From positions 248,001 through 312,000 of the forward strand of contig OZ025651.1 of assembly GCA_964019335.1 (NCBI GenBank): a stretch of 64,000 nt of DNA, in the 5' to 3' direction. The notes below the pieces were generated by a model. The model did not search any database, was not told the DNA's origin, and worked only from the letters and a program-made list of their open reading frames with translations. The position numbers and the translations under genes are program-made. Origin of the DNA: Diplonema japonicum (Eukaryota; Protista; Euglenozoa: Diplonemea). Positions 15,001 through 30,000 of this stretch are shown piece after piece; within the stretch, counting starts at the first letter, position 1, and each line of letters opens with the position of its first letter.

Positions 15001-18000
15001 GCTACGTAGATGGGACTGTTGACTGTTTGCCCGCAGGAACCGCTCTCTTGGAGGACAAAGACTACGGAACTGGTAGGGCACGTCTGCGTAGTCTTGACGA
15101 CAGGGCCTCTGTCTCTCTTGCAGATGCATCGGGTGCCTGTCTCTGCACTGGTGATACAACTAGCACCCGACGATGTCGTAAGACACGCCGTAGAGAAGAC
15201 ACAGCTGTCCTCGGTGCCGCATGCTGCTGAGCATCCTGCAGGCGTAAGGACATTGTTTTCAAATGTAGAACTCAGCCATTGGATATTGGCCGCCTGGCAG
15301 AGTGCGCGTCCACAGTCGGCAGCATCGGTTATTGTGGCGTAACCTGCTTCTTCACAAGTGTGCTGGTCGGTCATAAATACGTAGTCGTACCTCTGGTTGC
15401 CTTCCGAATACCACGTCTCAGAGTCGCACACAGAGATGTAGTCAACAGGCACGCAGCTTGATGTGCAGTTGTCACCGCCAAGCATGCATACATCGTTTTC
15501 CACGCTGCAGGCAGTATCCAAAGTTTTAATTGTAGTTCCAATTGTTGCAAAAGCACAGCCGGAGCAGTTGTCGGCACTGCTGCAGGGACCTTTGAAATAA
15601 TTCAAACAAATAGTGCCCTCAACACCGTTGGCGGTAGCAGGGTTCGGGCTGCCCGCGCCTCGCAGCTCAACTGTCTGCTCGCTGGTGCTGACGTTGATGG
15701 TAAGAACTCGGCACGCACCAGTAGTGTACTCGAGACCAACCACTCCACACTGTTCTCTCCCCATTTTAACGGTAGCAGATCTGCAAGCGGCTTCATCTGC
15801 CACGTTCAACACGAACGCGTCGAACATCCTGCTGCGGGAGTCCAAGCACACACCGTAGCCAATAAATGACCCTACATGGAGGTCCCCATCATATAGAGGG
15901 TCTGGAAGCGGTGCTTGGGTGGGCATAGGATCTGGGGAGATACGGCACCGCCCTGTTTCTGCCGAACACTCGCCTATAATGATGTCGACGTCATTTGAGC
16001 ACATGCACCGACCCCCGTGATTGAAAGGACCAGCCCACTCGGGGTCATTTGCGGTAACGCAGGTACCGTTCTCAAACGGCAGGTAGTTGCACCATCCTTG
16101 GCGCGCAAGATCCCAGCAGCGCTGGTTTCTATCGTCGCACACAGGCCTTCCGTCATCCGGCTCTGTTGCGCACCTACAGCCACACACATATACACCGTCA
16201 ATAGGGCCAGTGTCGAAACAAGCTGCCGTACCGCACATCGCTGAAAAGTAAGTGCAATCCGTTGGGCAGGCGTTGCACTTTACTGGACACATTCCCGACG
16301 CGTTGGAACCGACGGGAAACTCATGCCACTGCGCAGGTACAATTCCCAACAACGAGAGATCAAGGTCTCTACCGCACAGCTCCTGCATGACACCTACGCA
16401 CCTATGGTCATCTTGGCAAACATAGTCGATGCAAGGTGGGCGTGAACACTCTATTGTGACTGGGTCAACACCCAAAGAGGTGCACGTCAACCCGTAATCC
16501 CCGGCCTTAGGGTATCGAGGGTCGCAAGGAGTTTCGCATGATAGTCCAGCACTGATACATTCAGCTGGGCACAAAAAGAACACAGGGGTGGTGGAGTCGA
16601 AAGGCTTAGGGATAGGCCCCACACACGCATCGAGTGTGGAGTCGACGGTTTTGGCACAGCATTGTGCGGGATTCTGCTGTACGTACGTTGCGCAATCCTC
16701 TGCGATAATCTCTTCGAGGTTGCAGATTTCAAAGTCGCTATCTTGAATGGTGAGCATCAGAAGAGGTCTGACGCGAGCCACCCCCGCCTCCACGCCAGCA
16801 GCTGTACACCACACCGTGCAATCATCTTCACAAAGCGAGTTATGGTAGTTATACGCCACTGAGTCGAAGGGCGTCGTTGTCACGTTCATTGTGAGGTCGG
16901 GGTGCGTCTCTGCTTGGCCTGTCAGGCAAGTCTCGACAACAAGGCTCGACTCACCGTCCCAGCGAATACCTGCCCCCAGCAAGGGCAGCGGTGTCCACCC
17001 ATTGAACACATACGCACCCTGCTTCACAGAAGATTTCCAATCACCTTCGATGGGCCCTGTCAGTTCCCTTTCAGTGGTCCATCCGATTCTTACCTCGTAC
17101 GTGTTCACGAGTCCATCGTAGGAGTCAAATCCAAGACCTAAAATCTCGTTATGCTGTACCAACCCAGCTTCTAGCAACTCTTCGCTTCTGTACAGCAGCT
17201 GCAATCGCGCGTCATCAAAATTGCGACTCATGGTCACCACTTCTGATGTCTTGTTCGCTCCTTGCACGATGATGCGGGCCTCTGGGTAAGCAGGAGGGCA
17301 GTGATGTCCCTTCTTCTTGCACTCTGAAGGGCAGAGCGCGTACATATAGTCGATTGACAGTAATTGCACAGTCCCTGTACATTCACTGAGTGTTGAGCTG
17401 CAGCAGTTGCTGTCGTAACTATCAACAAAGTCTTGGCAGGCAGGTAGCGTGTTGATTAACCCTCGCCAGTTGCATGCTTCGTAAGCGTTCAGCGACACGG
17501 TGGCTGTAGGTGTCGGAAACGTGATTGTACTAGTATCAGGTGTTTTGGTCGCCGTATTTGTGCTTGTGGGAAGTGTCAAACTCACTGTCACGCTTTCTGT
17601 TGCTGTAGGAGCAGTAAGAGACACACTGGGTGAAGATGTATCAGACAGCGTGGGGGTGGTCGTGCCCCCAATGGTCCCAGTAATAGTCATTAACGTGTCG
17701 GTGGGGGTTAACAAAGTGACTGTAGGGCTACCCGTCAAGCTTGCTGTAAGGCTCAGCGTCTCAGAACCAGTAGTTGTAGCGGTGGGTGTACGGAGAGTCA
17801 CGGTGTCACTGGGGGTCGGCACAGTAATGGTCTCGGAAAAGGTGTGCGTCGGCAATGTGTGCGAAACAGTTTCAGTGCGTATGGTCAACGAGCCAGAAAC
17901 TGTAGTTGTGTGGCTGGCAGTGGGTGTACCCAGTGTGGCACTCGCTGTCGCACTTTCCGTTGGTGTTGGCACAGTAAAGCTAGCCGTACTAGTTATAGTT

Positions 18001-21000
18001 GTTGTTCGCAGCGTTAAGCTCACTGTGCTGCTCGCGGAAGGTGTAGGAATCGACGGGCTAACAGTTGCACTCTCTGTTACAGTTGGAACTGTTAAGCTAA
18101 CAGTTGCACTCTCAGTCAGTGTGGGGATCGTGAAGCTGTTCGTCGCACTGAGCGTGTGAGTTTCACTCGCAGTGGGCGTGGGGAATGTTAAGCTAGTTGT
18201 TGCACTCTCCGTTGGGGTGGGGGGTGTCATGGTAACCGTAGCTGTGACAGTTGGTGTGGGGAGTGTAGCACTAGTTGTCGCACTTTCCGTTGGTGTTGGA
18301 ACCGTGAACGTCACCGACGAGCTCTCAGTCAGTGTCCGTACCGTTAACGATACAGAAGTACTCAGCGTTGCCGTTTTTGTTTCAGTCGGAGTAGGAATTG
18401 TGAAAGTGGTTGTCGCACTCTCAGTTGGTGTAGGGAAAGTCAAACTTTCAGATGCGCTCTCCGTTGGTGTTGGGAGCGTCAGTGACACAGTCTCACTCGC
18501 AGTTGGCGTGGGGACAGTGAAACTAATCGACGCGCTCGCTGTAGGTGTCGGGAGCGTCAGTGACACAGTCTCACTCGCAGTTGGCGTGGGGACAGTGAAA
18601 CTAATCGACGCGCTTGCTGTAGGTGTCGGGAGCGTCAGTGACACTGTCTCACTCGCAGTTGGCGTGGGGACAGTGAAGGTCACAGTTGCACTTTCGGTTG
18701 GTGTAGGGATTGTGATACTAGCTGTCGCACTCTCGGTTGGTGTAGGGAGGGTAAAGCTTTCAGATGCACTCTCCGTTGGTGTTGGCACTGTGAGTGACGC
18801 TGTCTCACTTGCAGTAGGCGTCGGGACTGTGAGAGAGATTGACATCGTTTTGGTCAGTGTTGCAGTTTCCGTGGGAGTGGGCAGTGTGAGCGACTCTGTG
18901 AAGGTTTCTGTCGGTGTGGGGGGCGTGATGGACACTGTTGCGCTCTCCGTTGGCGTTGGAATTGTTATAGTTTCTGATGCGGTCTCAGTTGGCGTCCGAA
19001 CTGTCAACGACACGGTTGCGCTCTCTGTTGGTGTAGGGATTGTGGCTGTTTCTGACGCGGTCTCAGTTGGCGTCCGAACTGTCAATGAAACTGTTGCGCT
19101 CTCTGTTGGTGTAGGGATTGTGGCTGTTTCTGATGCGGTCTCAGTTGGAGTCGGAACTGTCAATGACACGGTTGCGCTCTCAGTAGGCGTTGGAACCGTG
19201 AACGTCACCGACGAGCTCTCGGTCAGTGTCCGTACCGTTAACGATACAGAAGTACTCAGCGTCGCTGTGTCCGTCTCTGTTGGAGTACGGAGTGTGAAAG
19301 TTGTAGTTAAACTTTCAGTTGGCGTGGGGACTGTGAAACTAACCGACGCGCTCGCTGTAGGTGTCGGGAGCGTCAGTGACACAGTCTCACTCGCAGTTGG
19401 CGTGGGGACAGTGAAACTAATCGACGCGCTCGCTGTAGGTGTCGGGAGCGTCAGTGACACAGTCTCACTCGCAGTTGGCGTGGGGACAGTGAAACTAATC
19501 GACGCGCTTGCTGTAGGTGTCGGGAGCGTCAGTGACACTGTCTCACTCGCAGTTGGCGTGGGGACAGTGAAGGTCACAGTTGCACTTTCGGTTGGTGTAG
19601 GGATTGTGATACTAGCTGTCGCACTCTCGGTTGGTGTAGGGAGGGTAAAGCTTTCAGATGCACTCTCCGTTGGTGTTGGCACTGTGAGTGACGCTGTCTC
19701 ACTTGCAGTAGGCGTCGGGACTGTGAGAGAGATTGACATCGTTTCGGTCAGTGTTGCAGTTTCCGTGGGAGTGGGCAGTGTGAGCGACTCTGTGAAGGTT
19801 TCTGTCGGTGTGGGCAACGTGACAGTCTCTGTCAGAGTGGGAGTAGGCGATATTTCGCAGTGATCGAAGCAGAAGGCCAGCTCCTCGAGGAAACAAGGGG
19901 CGTCACTGTGATTGTTGAACACGGAAAAGGAGCGCACGCCTACCAGTGTCACCTGCAGACACTTCCGGCTGCTACCAGGACAGAAATCCACATCTGTCAT
20001 GAGGTATTCACCTGCTACCGTGTTCTCAAAGCCGTCGTAAGTCACGACAGTGATGTTCGCAGGGTAGGTACCGCTAATGACAAGACTGGCTCCAGTGGCG
20101 ACCAACGGCCCGAAGCTGAGGAACAATCCATTTTCAGGAACAAGAATCGCGTTGTTGTGAAATGTCCCATCGGCATCGAGAACGGCGTTTTTCACATAAC
20201 GAATGCTACTTGGCTGCAGCGAGATATGTGAGAGCGTGCCAACCGCAACACCCTCGAAGCTTGTTTTCTGCCTCCCCGAAGGGTGTGAGGGGGTCACGGT
20301 TCCAGAAACGAACGAGTACTCAAGATAGTCCATATTGAATGCACCTGAAACATCGCCGTAACTGACAACAGACAGTCTTCTTGGCGTTGGACCGGAGGGA
20401 AGTACGTATGTCAAAACCATCACCAGTTCATCGAGGTCAAGATATCTGGTAAAAGGCACCCCAAAGCTTGAGTCGTCCAACAGAGTGTTGTCCTTGTCTC
20501 GCAGTAGGACATCAATGTACTTGCCGGCACCTGCGGTCACGTAGACATCAAAAGACATCTCTTTGACGTCGAACTGAAACACAAAGTCCAGCATTTGGCT
20601 GCCACAGTTCTGCACTGCAGCGGCACCTGTGCCATCGGGACCTATCTGACGGCTTCCTATGAATTGTTGTACGTAGTCTCCTGCGTAAAAGGTGGTGACA
20701 CCTTCTGCGTCGCTTGTAAAACCTATGCTGTTCAACCCTCCTGGGGCACCGACGGTGCTGCCGTCGTAGGCGTACCTGAGAGATGTCACACGCATGACTC
20801 CCGTCTCAGCAGTTCTGTCGAAAGCTACGGTGTTGAAAGGATGAAGGAAGTTGACGATGGTGCCGCAGTGCTCAGAACCGCATGCCTGCGTCACAACCTC
20901 CTCCGTGTGTATGGTTGTGCCACCTGTATGAAACGTGACAACGACACGGCATCCTGCTGCGCATTTGAAGTCGGCAGCAAACCCTGTCACAGTTATCCCA

Positions 21001-24000
21001 CCGAACTGCACGCGCTGTGCTGTTCCTTCCTTGAGCAACCACTCACCTGCAGAAGCGTCGGCACTGTCGGTGTTGGGACCTATATAGTCCACGTAGTGTG
21101 TGCTGTAGAAGTCTGACGATAGCCATCCCACAGAGCTGAAGGGGAGCTCAAAGATTCCCCGTGGCACCGTAGAGCTGCCGTCGAAAGACCACACGAACTG
21201 GTCCACCATCACCGTGCCACTCTGCGCTTCTATTGCGAGATTCAAGTGTTCGTCATCAGCACTCACTACTTTGCAGAAGTGACCTTCGCCGCATTGCTCA
21301 TCTAAGGACACGGTCTTTACTACTTCTGTGCCTCCATAGTTTAAGAACGTGAGCTTCACTGACGCGCCTGCAGTGGTTGAGACAAGGGACACTGCGATAT
21401 TCATGGCAACCAGATAATCATAGCTCAGACTACCGGTGGTGGGGACTTCCCAAGCAGCGTTGTCGCTGATGAAAGAATTCGCCAAGGTGTGGGACGAGCC
21501 TGTGACTTGCAAGTACGGGGAATAAGTGTTCTTCGACAGTCCCTGTCCTGTCTCATTAAACTTGACAGTCATAGGACCGGCGTGGAGTCCTTCGTCGAAG
21601 GTGAACTCTAGGTGATCGATGTCTATGTCTCTCAAATCGCTCTGGATCGTCAGCTCGTTGAAGTCGAAGGCGCTCATCTGAATACAATGAAACTTGGACT
21701 CGGATAGGGGGAAGCACTGCTGATCCATCGCGAAGCTGCGCGTCCACACGGAGCTCTTCGCGAAGAGAGCCGTCAAAGTCACAGTGGTGGCAAGCATGGA
21801 ACTGAACGCGACGATGCGTGCTGCCTTGACCTTGTGGGCAAACGTTAAGGTGGCTACCTGACCGGCTCTCAAGGTCCATGCACCTGCGAAGGTCTTCCTA
21901 TCAACAACATTAACTGCCATGAGGCCGATGTCGCTGTAGTATGCTCTCGGGAAGTCTGCAGAAGGAGGTGAGTAGTCAAAAGTGGCAGCTTGCACCCCTG
22001 TTTGCTTGATGGCACCGCCATCAAAGCGGAACCACGCCTCGCTGAAAGCGTAAGTAGGAATCCAAGTAGGCTTGTGCAACACAAGGGTATCAAACCCACC
22101 TCCCGTCGTCCATTCGGCGTTGGGCAGGCTGTTAATCTGTTCGGTGCCCACTTCAACACCAGCCAGGTATTTCGTGACACTGATCTTGGTGTCACAGTTC
22201 GCAGTGGTGATGAACGTGAGGCTGCTCACAGGGTAGAAAAACTGCACGGTAACGTCAGTTTCCACCCCCACGCCCCTGGGGTCATCCATCTTGCCATTCA
22301 GAATTTGTACATAGTCAATGTTGTCGATCTCCCCTGTTGTGAGTTCTTCGTAGAACTTCCCCGCAGGCACAGCTGTTCCATCGAAAGACATTTGAATGCC
22401 GTACAGCACCACTTCCTGTCCGTTGCCAGTGAACTGAATCTCGTCAAATTTATCGTTTGCCAGTACCAAATACCCGCACATGTGAGTGGTGCTCCCAGGA
22501 CATGCGACCGCCAAGGAAACACTCCCAGATCCTTTGGCGAAGCCCCTAAGGGTTGTAGCGTACGTGAAGGTGTGAGGAACTGTTCCCAGGGACGAGAATC
22601 GCACGGCTAGGTTTGTTGCCTTGTACGATATTCCTTCTCCTCCGAAGCGCAGCGTTACAGACTCAGAACCTGTGACATGGCCTAGTTGTATGCCTAAGTC
22701 CCCCATGAAGTTGGCACCGATGGTGTTGCTGGGGGTTACATAGCTGATAGAGGTATAGACAGGGAAAGCACCGGAGGAGTACGGTGCCCCTTCAGGAAAC
22801 GAGTTTACTATTACCTCGCCGGATGGCACTACCGTCGCTTCCGCATGAAATGCGTAGAACATGTGACTCACGACGACAGGTACCTCAGGGCTTAAGAACA
22901 TTGCATCGAACCCGTTCCACACGAGCAACGTCTTACACATCTTGTTCACACCGCATGGCTCATCGATTTGCAGCTCTTCACTCGACATGGCAGCACCAGC
23001 TTTCTTGGTGGATACTGTTACTTTCACAGCAGTGCCCGAGTCAGCGGTTATTTCAGCGGTGAACGTGGCGCCACTTGATTCTGTGGCGAAATAGTAAGTC
23101 AGCATCGTGGCGTCTGCGCCAACCAGCCAACCTGCTGTCCCATCGTAGGAAGAGGTCGACGTGGTGGTCAGGGAGAAGTACGTCCTTTTGTCGAAGAACG
23201 TTGCGCCTTCAAAGGACGAAGGGTACGGTGAGAAGTCGGGGTTTACATTACCCTGCACCATCGTTGGGGTGTTGTCGAAGGAATACGACAACCCGTGTAT
23301 CTTCAGTGCTTCTGTGCTGCTGTCCTTCACCGCAATATTCGTGGACACAACGTTCTTGGTCTGCACAACGTTGCAATGGTATCCTGCAGGGTAGTCGGCA
23401 AGCAAATCTACCGTTTCCTCAGCTTGGTCGGTGGTTACAACAACAGAAACACCAGCTTGCGAGGCGCACACCACCATGATCGTATCCGTCGCTGTTATAA
23501 ACGAGTAGTTCATTGTGAAAGTGCCCCCAGCTGCGACTTCAACACACATCTGCCCATCGAAGAATTCTCCGTAGGTGTGCGTGCCTATCGTGTTGACGTA
23601 GTATTTCCTATAGACGTCGGTCCCCATCACCGTCCCCACTGGGTTCGGCTCCAAGGGTGGTGTGATCAACAAAACGGGCAACGGCATGGAGGTGTCGAAA
23701 GAGTACATCAAGTCATCGATGAATTCCACTGAATCGGGCATCACCGCCTCGTCGAGCGCGATTTCCGCGGATACCAATAAAGCGCAGTACATACTGCCAC
23801 ATGGTTGGTTCGTGGTGACGGTGTGCTTGCCCACTTCCGCCATTCGTTTTTTATATGTGACAATGAAGGTCTGTTCTGAGGCTGTGATAAATGTCATCCT
23901 CAAATATCTGACCTCCAGTTTCACCGTGGTACTGCCGCCGTTTGTGATCACGGCGAAGTCGACGGCGGGAGTGGAAGTATCGGTGTTCCATGCTTCAGAA

Positions 24001-27000
24001 CTGTCAAAGCTTGTTCCGACTAGACACGCCCCGACAAGCTTGACATGGCTGGCTTCGATGAACATCGAGCAGTCGAAAGACGACGACAAGCTGTCGAAGG
24101 TCAGCCAGAAAGTACCAGATGGGAGAATGGTGGTTTCGTCAAAGGTGTACAGCATGTGATCGAGTGTTACTGTGAACAAGTGTCCGCTTATCTCGCAAGA
24201 AGGCGTTGGGAAGTGCGCAGCGTCGGGCGCCACCGTGATTTGAGACAGTTTTTGCAATGTGACCACCGCACACTTTGACGCTGTCCCGCAGTCCTCCGCA
24301 TTTTCCAACGTGAGCTTCGCGCTACTGATGACCGCATCGCTTGATGTGCTGGAGACATCGAGCGCGCTGCAGAGATTAGTCGACGACAGTACTATCCTCA
24401 CGTCCGTCATCGTCAGGAAGTACGTTTGGAAATCCGCAGTAATAGCACCTGAACCTACGTCGCTCTGCACTTTCATGGGGAACACAGCGCTCCCCTGATA
24501 GCCAACGACATCATGTGCGGTAGCGCTAACTGCGAACATATGGGAGCTCTGGTATTGCGTGGCTGTAAAGGTCCCACTTACTGCGGGCCATGTAATCGAG
24601 AGCCTTCCAGTGGGGACGACAACAGTGCCGTCGAAGGAGTACGACATTGTAAAGATAAACATCCCGAATGTGGAATCAAAACGAAGCTCATCCACAGGCC
24701 CGTTAAAGGTGTAAGAATTGCATCGGCGGGAACTCTGGCACGCTACATTCATGACGATGTCTTCTTGCGGACTAGAAAACAACCACCTACTCCGTGTGAA
24801 GCTGACTACAGCGTCGGATGCCGAATTAATGGCAATGTTTATCATGAAATTTGTGGCAGGTACATCGAATTTGATTATATGCTCACCACTTACTTCCCAT
24901 GTTCGAGTACTGCCATCGAAGCTTGTGCCTAGGTCTCGGTTTCCGGAAACCGCCGCGTTGGGTACGTCGTCATTAGAGAAGGTCAAGGTGCCACTCCCAA
25001 AAGCCGCGAAGTCCCTGGTGTGTACCCCGGCGGTGGGCACGATGTTTGAGTTATCGAATGTCCACCAAAAAGTGTGCAGTGCTGTGTCTTTAGTTGCAGA
25101 AAACACCACAAATTCTGCTTTGGTGCTGGCGACAACCAGCTCTCCACAGAATAATGTGCCCGAGGCACCACACGCTTGATTCACATTTACAGTTGCTGTG
25201 CTCTCGTCAGCTCCAAGGCTCTTGAATGTCACCACGACATCGCAGCTGATGCTGCCCGAGAACACCATTCGCATGGTGGTCGCGATGGGTGCGAACAGGA
25301 ATGAGATGCCTTGCTCCAGACCCTCTGAGAGGACCCACCCGTTCACACCGTCGTATGTATCAGTCGTCATGACCGTGGGACCTGTCAAGTACACCAGCTG
25401 CGGCGAGAACGTGTTTGTGGAAAAGGTACCCGATACTGCCGCAAAGTCTAAGACCTGCTTTCCATGTGGAAAGGCTGTGCCCTCGACCGAGGTCATGACA
25501 CGCAGGACCAACACGTCACTCCCAGTCGCTGTGATAGTTAGTACTTCAACACCTTTCTCCGCAAGATGGGTGCAGTAGTACCCACTGTGGTAGTCTAGCG
25601 TAAGAGAAGTACCCAATGGTGGGGTGCCTTCGCCACCCGCAGTTGCGATGTAGGAGATAGTAGTGCCAGGTACTTCTGCGCATATTGCGACAGTGATATC
25701 GAATCTCATGTATGAGAAGATAATTTTGGTTGACACGGCTTCAGGAACCCGCCAGGCTTTTCCCGCGAAACAGTCGACAAGCGTTTGTGTCCCATGTCCG
25801 AGGGAGCTGATGAAGTGGCTGTCGATGTAAGCGTTGTGGGAAAAAGTGGTGCCGGAGTCGAAGGTGAGGATGTAGGCGAAGGGCACTTTGAGGGTATCAT
25901 CGAAAGAGAATTTCAAATCATCCACCAGGATATCGTCGGAGGAGGAGAAGGCTACCTCGTCGAACGTTGAAGCTGCGATGAAAGTGCCACAAAATCTCGA
26001 GGACGCCGCATCGCATTGCGTCATAACATCGACGTTGTAGGAAGACACGGTATTACTAGACGTCTTTAACAAAACAGAGGCAGTTGTCAACACCGTTGAA
26101 GAAATCGTTGCACGGCAGCCTTTTACCACATGCGGGAGATAGCGCGTTCCGCCGTTGGTCGAGATTACAAATTGCACCGAGAGGCTCTGCGCCATTGACA
26201 ACACGACCGCGTTCGCAGAATCGTAGTGTGCAGCTGTCACACCGTTGGCACCGAACACCGCATTCTTCCCAACGTACGAGTTGCTTTCAAAGGCATTCCC
26301 TACCACGTCTTCGAAGTCTATGACGATCAGCCCCGCAGGATAGATTGCCGTGTCATCAAATGCGAGAAGAAAGTCGAACATGTTCCCGCTGAAAAATGGA
26401 GTCCCCTCGGACTCTGCACCCTCCTCTACAAGCAAGAAGAGGGTCAGCAACACTGCATCAAACTCTTGTTCGAATTCGATCTGCTGGCAACTTCCGGATA
26501 CCGCACACGGGTACAAATCATCGATTTTTACGGTTCCCGCGAACGCTGTTGTCAGGTTCTTAAACATGTGCACATGCAGCGTTAGCCCGAAGAACGGTAC
26601 GTAGAATGTCATTTTAAGCCTCTGTGCAGGAATGAACTTCGTAGACAGCACGAGTGGTTTGCACGTACCCGAGGGGGCGCACACTACTTTCCCCGGTCGA
26701 GGAGGCGATGTGGTGTCGGTGCCTTGGACTCGGTATATCAATTGAGGTATGCTGTCATACTCATTTGGATAAGTCTCGAGGTCCACGTACTGAATCCCCG
26801 AAGGAAGCAAAGAGGTGCCGTCAATGGAGTACGCTACGCTGATGAGGTAGCCGCTGTCAATGTACACCTGTACTGCGTCGAAGATGTACCCAGTTGAGAT
26901 CAGCAGCGACACACAAATATCACCTGTATTGAAGTCGTTCCCACACGGCACGAACGAGGTGTAGCTGATGTTTGTGACAGATGTTCCCCGGAAAAGCAGC

Positions 27001-30000
27001 TCAAGGTGCGCGACTTGCGGGTCCAGCCCACGAGACGTGCCCACGTCGACTTTCACAGCCGTGACCTGCAGATTGCTGAACGAAACGGTACTTGGAGTAC
27101 CCACGACTATTGTGTTCAACGGATCTGTGAAGCCGACCGTGTCGGGCACCACACTGTCAACAAAGTACGTTGCCAACACTCCGTAATCAATCATCGTTTC
27201 GAATTGGTTGAAGTCAACATTTACAAGCCCCGCTGGGGCCACTGGAGTGCCGTCGTACGAGAACCGCACGTGCGTCACGACAGCGTCCGCAGCGGGCTCG
27301 CATGCTATGAAGTCAAAGCCAGAAACAGACGTCACATGTTCTGCACAGTAATAGCTTTCGCACTCCTGCGTAACCTTAGCGAGAGAGCTTCCCACCATAA
27401 TACCTTCCTTGAACATGTAGCAATTCACGTCTTCAACCATTGCCGTAACGACGCTGAACCTGAGCGACGTCACTGGTATCATGTTAAAGAACAGGCTGCT
27501 GTTCGTCCCTGATTTCACATCCCAACCTGACCCCGATGGGGTATTGCTGCTGACGGCGGCTGGAGAAATGATCGAGACTTCCTGCGCCTTGAACGTCGTG
27601 GTAGAAGGTATGCTGCCTAGATTGAGGACTTGTATCCCCTCCGGGAACAAGAAGCTGTCGTCGTACGCCCACCGCATCTCTGTCATGGTCGGAGTGCCGC
27701 CGCTCGCGACGAGGCTGAGCATCTCGAAGTTCTCTTCGTAGATCCTTCCGTAGTAGAACCCTGTTGCGTACTCCGCATCACAGTTCACGATCACTGTGGT
27801 GATGACGCCTTTGCGGAAGACCTTAACACCGACTGACACGCCGGGCTGGCTCGCTACGATAACAGCATGCAGGCGTGTGACTGTGAAATACGTGAAGATC
27901 ACTTCTTTGGTGGCTCCTGTCTGCAACAGCCACCCACTGTCAAGATGTATCAAGGACACACTTTCGCTGCCGTCTCCGATCTTGCTCACCCAGTGCGAGG
28001 TGGCGAAGTCACGACTTTCGAACGCAGTGTCGAACTCAAAACGAAACACACCAGAGGGAAACGGGTCAACGTGAGTCGCACTAGTGGTGAAGGAGTACCT
28101 CACGTTGTCGACGTCAAAGTGCGCGACATCGGAGGTAACGAGCGTGATGCTGTCGAAGGGGTCGCTCAAGGCGAAGCTCATGCACCTGTCAGAGGCGCCT
28201 TCGCAGTTAGCACCTACCTCGTACTGCGTTGTTGTTTCCCTCCCAAAGTGGAGTCGTGTAGCGTTCAGTGTGATCGGGGCGTTTGCTCTTACAGTGATGA
28301 CAAACCTACCCACTGTGTGGAATTCAAAGTCCAGCTCGCACTGACCCATGCACCGCCACCAGTTTGAGCTGTCATACCCGGCACCAGTCACAACTGACGA
28401 GAGGGGGGTCGCTTTGCTGATGTGGTAGTTTGCAAGATTTGTAAAGAAATCAGAATCTTCAAAAGTCAGCACCCTTACACCGCTACCAAGCAGGTCAACA
28501 TTAGAGTCAAACGAGTACCCGAAGTCATCGGTCCAGAATTGAAAGTTAGATGTTGCTGTGAGGACGGCAGTTGGGCCAGTCATGTGCAGTATGTTGCAGT
28601 CCAGTGCCAAAGTCGGACCGCATTTGAACGCACCAGCAGTTTGCGCGTCCAGTGTATGTTGGTTCGTCATCGTTAAGTCCCTTGTGAACTGATTAACAGT
28701 AATCGCTGTCCCTGCACCTCCAATAACGAGAAGCCTCATGCGCTGCCACGGTACCACCATCGACGTGATTTCGACGGCGCCCTCCGCTGCTTTCCTATCG
28801 ATTACGTCACCTGCGCTCAGGGTTCCCGAAAGTTTAATAATCTCCTTGGGGAAGAGGACTGCCGTGCTTATATCTTCGAAGTCGAAGTGATATTCGTCCG
28901 AGTAGGGGGGAGAGCTATCGAAAGAGTAACGAAGACGGTGCAAGAGCAGCGACGGCGTGCTGAGCTTGAAGGAAACTGTGTCACAGTCGGAGAAGGTAAG
29001 CACGTAGCAGTAAGCGTTGGCCACAATCTGTTCACATTTTTCGCTCATCTCGTACTCCACGAAGGCGGTCGATTCAGCTTTGAACCCGCACGCGGCTTCA
29101 AAGTACACCGGCTCGACAAAAACCGCCTGCACCATCATCTGGATCGAAGTCAGCTTTGCATCAAACTTCAGCACATTCTGCTCTAACACGATAGACTGCC
29201 CGTTTAAAAAATCGCTCGCAGTTGACCTGAAGGGTGACATGGAGAACAGATGCTTTTCCATGAAGGCGTTCTCCGGCACAGTCGTGGTCGCGTACGGCAA
29301 GATATCGGCAGGGTCTATCTTGAAGACGCCCGCAAACGGCACAGGGGTCCCGTCGAAGGAATATGTGATGTCGAACAAGGAATAGGGGTTCGTTGTGCTG
29401 GTGATGCACATCTCGTCTACCCCTGCGTGGGTCGACACGTATGTGAGGCAGAATTGCGCAGTGCCGCAAGCAATCCCTGACGTCTCCCTGGCAACCACAG
29501 TACCAACCACCACACCCCGCCCTAGTACTTCAATATTGATATCAGAGGCTGTGCTTGCAGCTGCTGTAACAAACACAACGGAAAGCCCTGTTACCTCCGT
29601 GAACCTGAACTTTAAGCATGCTTTTTGTGGTGCAACGGCAAATTGTAGCGGCCGCATCCCGAAGCCAGCGTCGAAAGCACCCACGGACCTTATGGGGGTG
29701 ACAGAGCTGATCCATTTGTTTATTAATGCATCTTCCGCAAACTCATCCTCATCAAGTTGCAGGACCTGCTGCCCTGTGGGCACTACATGCGTTTTGTCAA
29801 ATGAGAAAGATATATCGTCGAGCAGCACGCCAGGTCCCACACCATCTACCTGTACCTCATCGAAGCCGGATGCCGTTACTGCTGTGATCTTACTGACACT
29901 TGAGAAAGGCACCACTTGCGTGCTTACCACTTTGCCGTGCCTCTTGAAGGTGATTGTGACAGATATATCCCCAGCCGTGTCCACCATCACCAGCATCCTG

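Noticed and set aside
18460-18680. Regularly spaced repeats as a CRISPR-like array
   Set aside because: In-frame coding tandem repeats with no unique spacers and no cas genes, in a eukaryotic context.
17500-19863. + strand Val/Gly/Ser-rich ORFs of 219 and 563 aa
   Set aside because: Antisense shadows of the Thr/Pro/Ser repeat in the giant minus-strand ORF.
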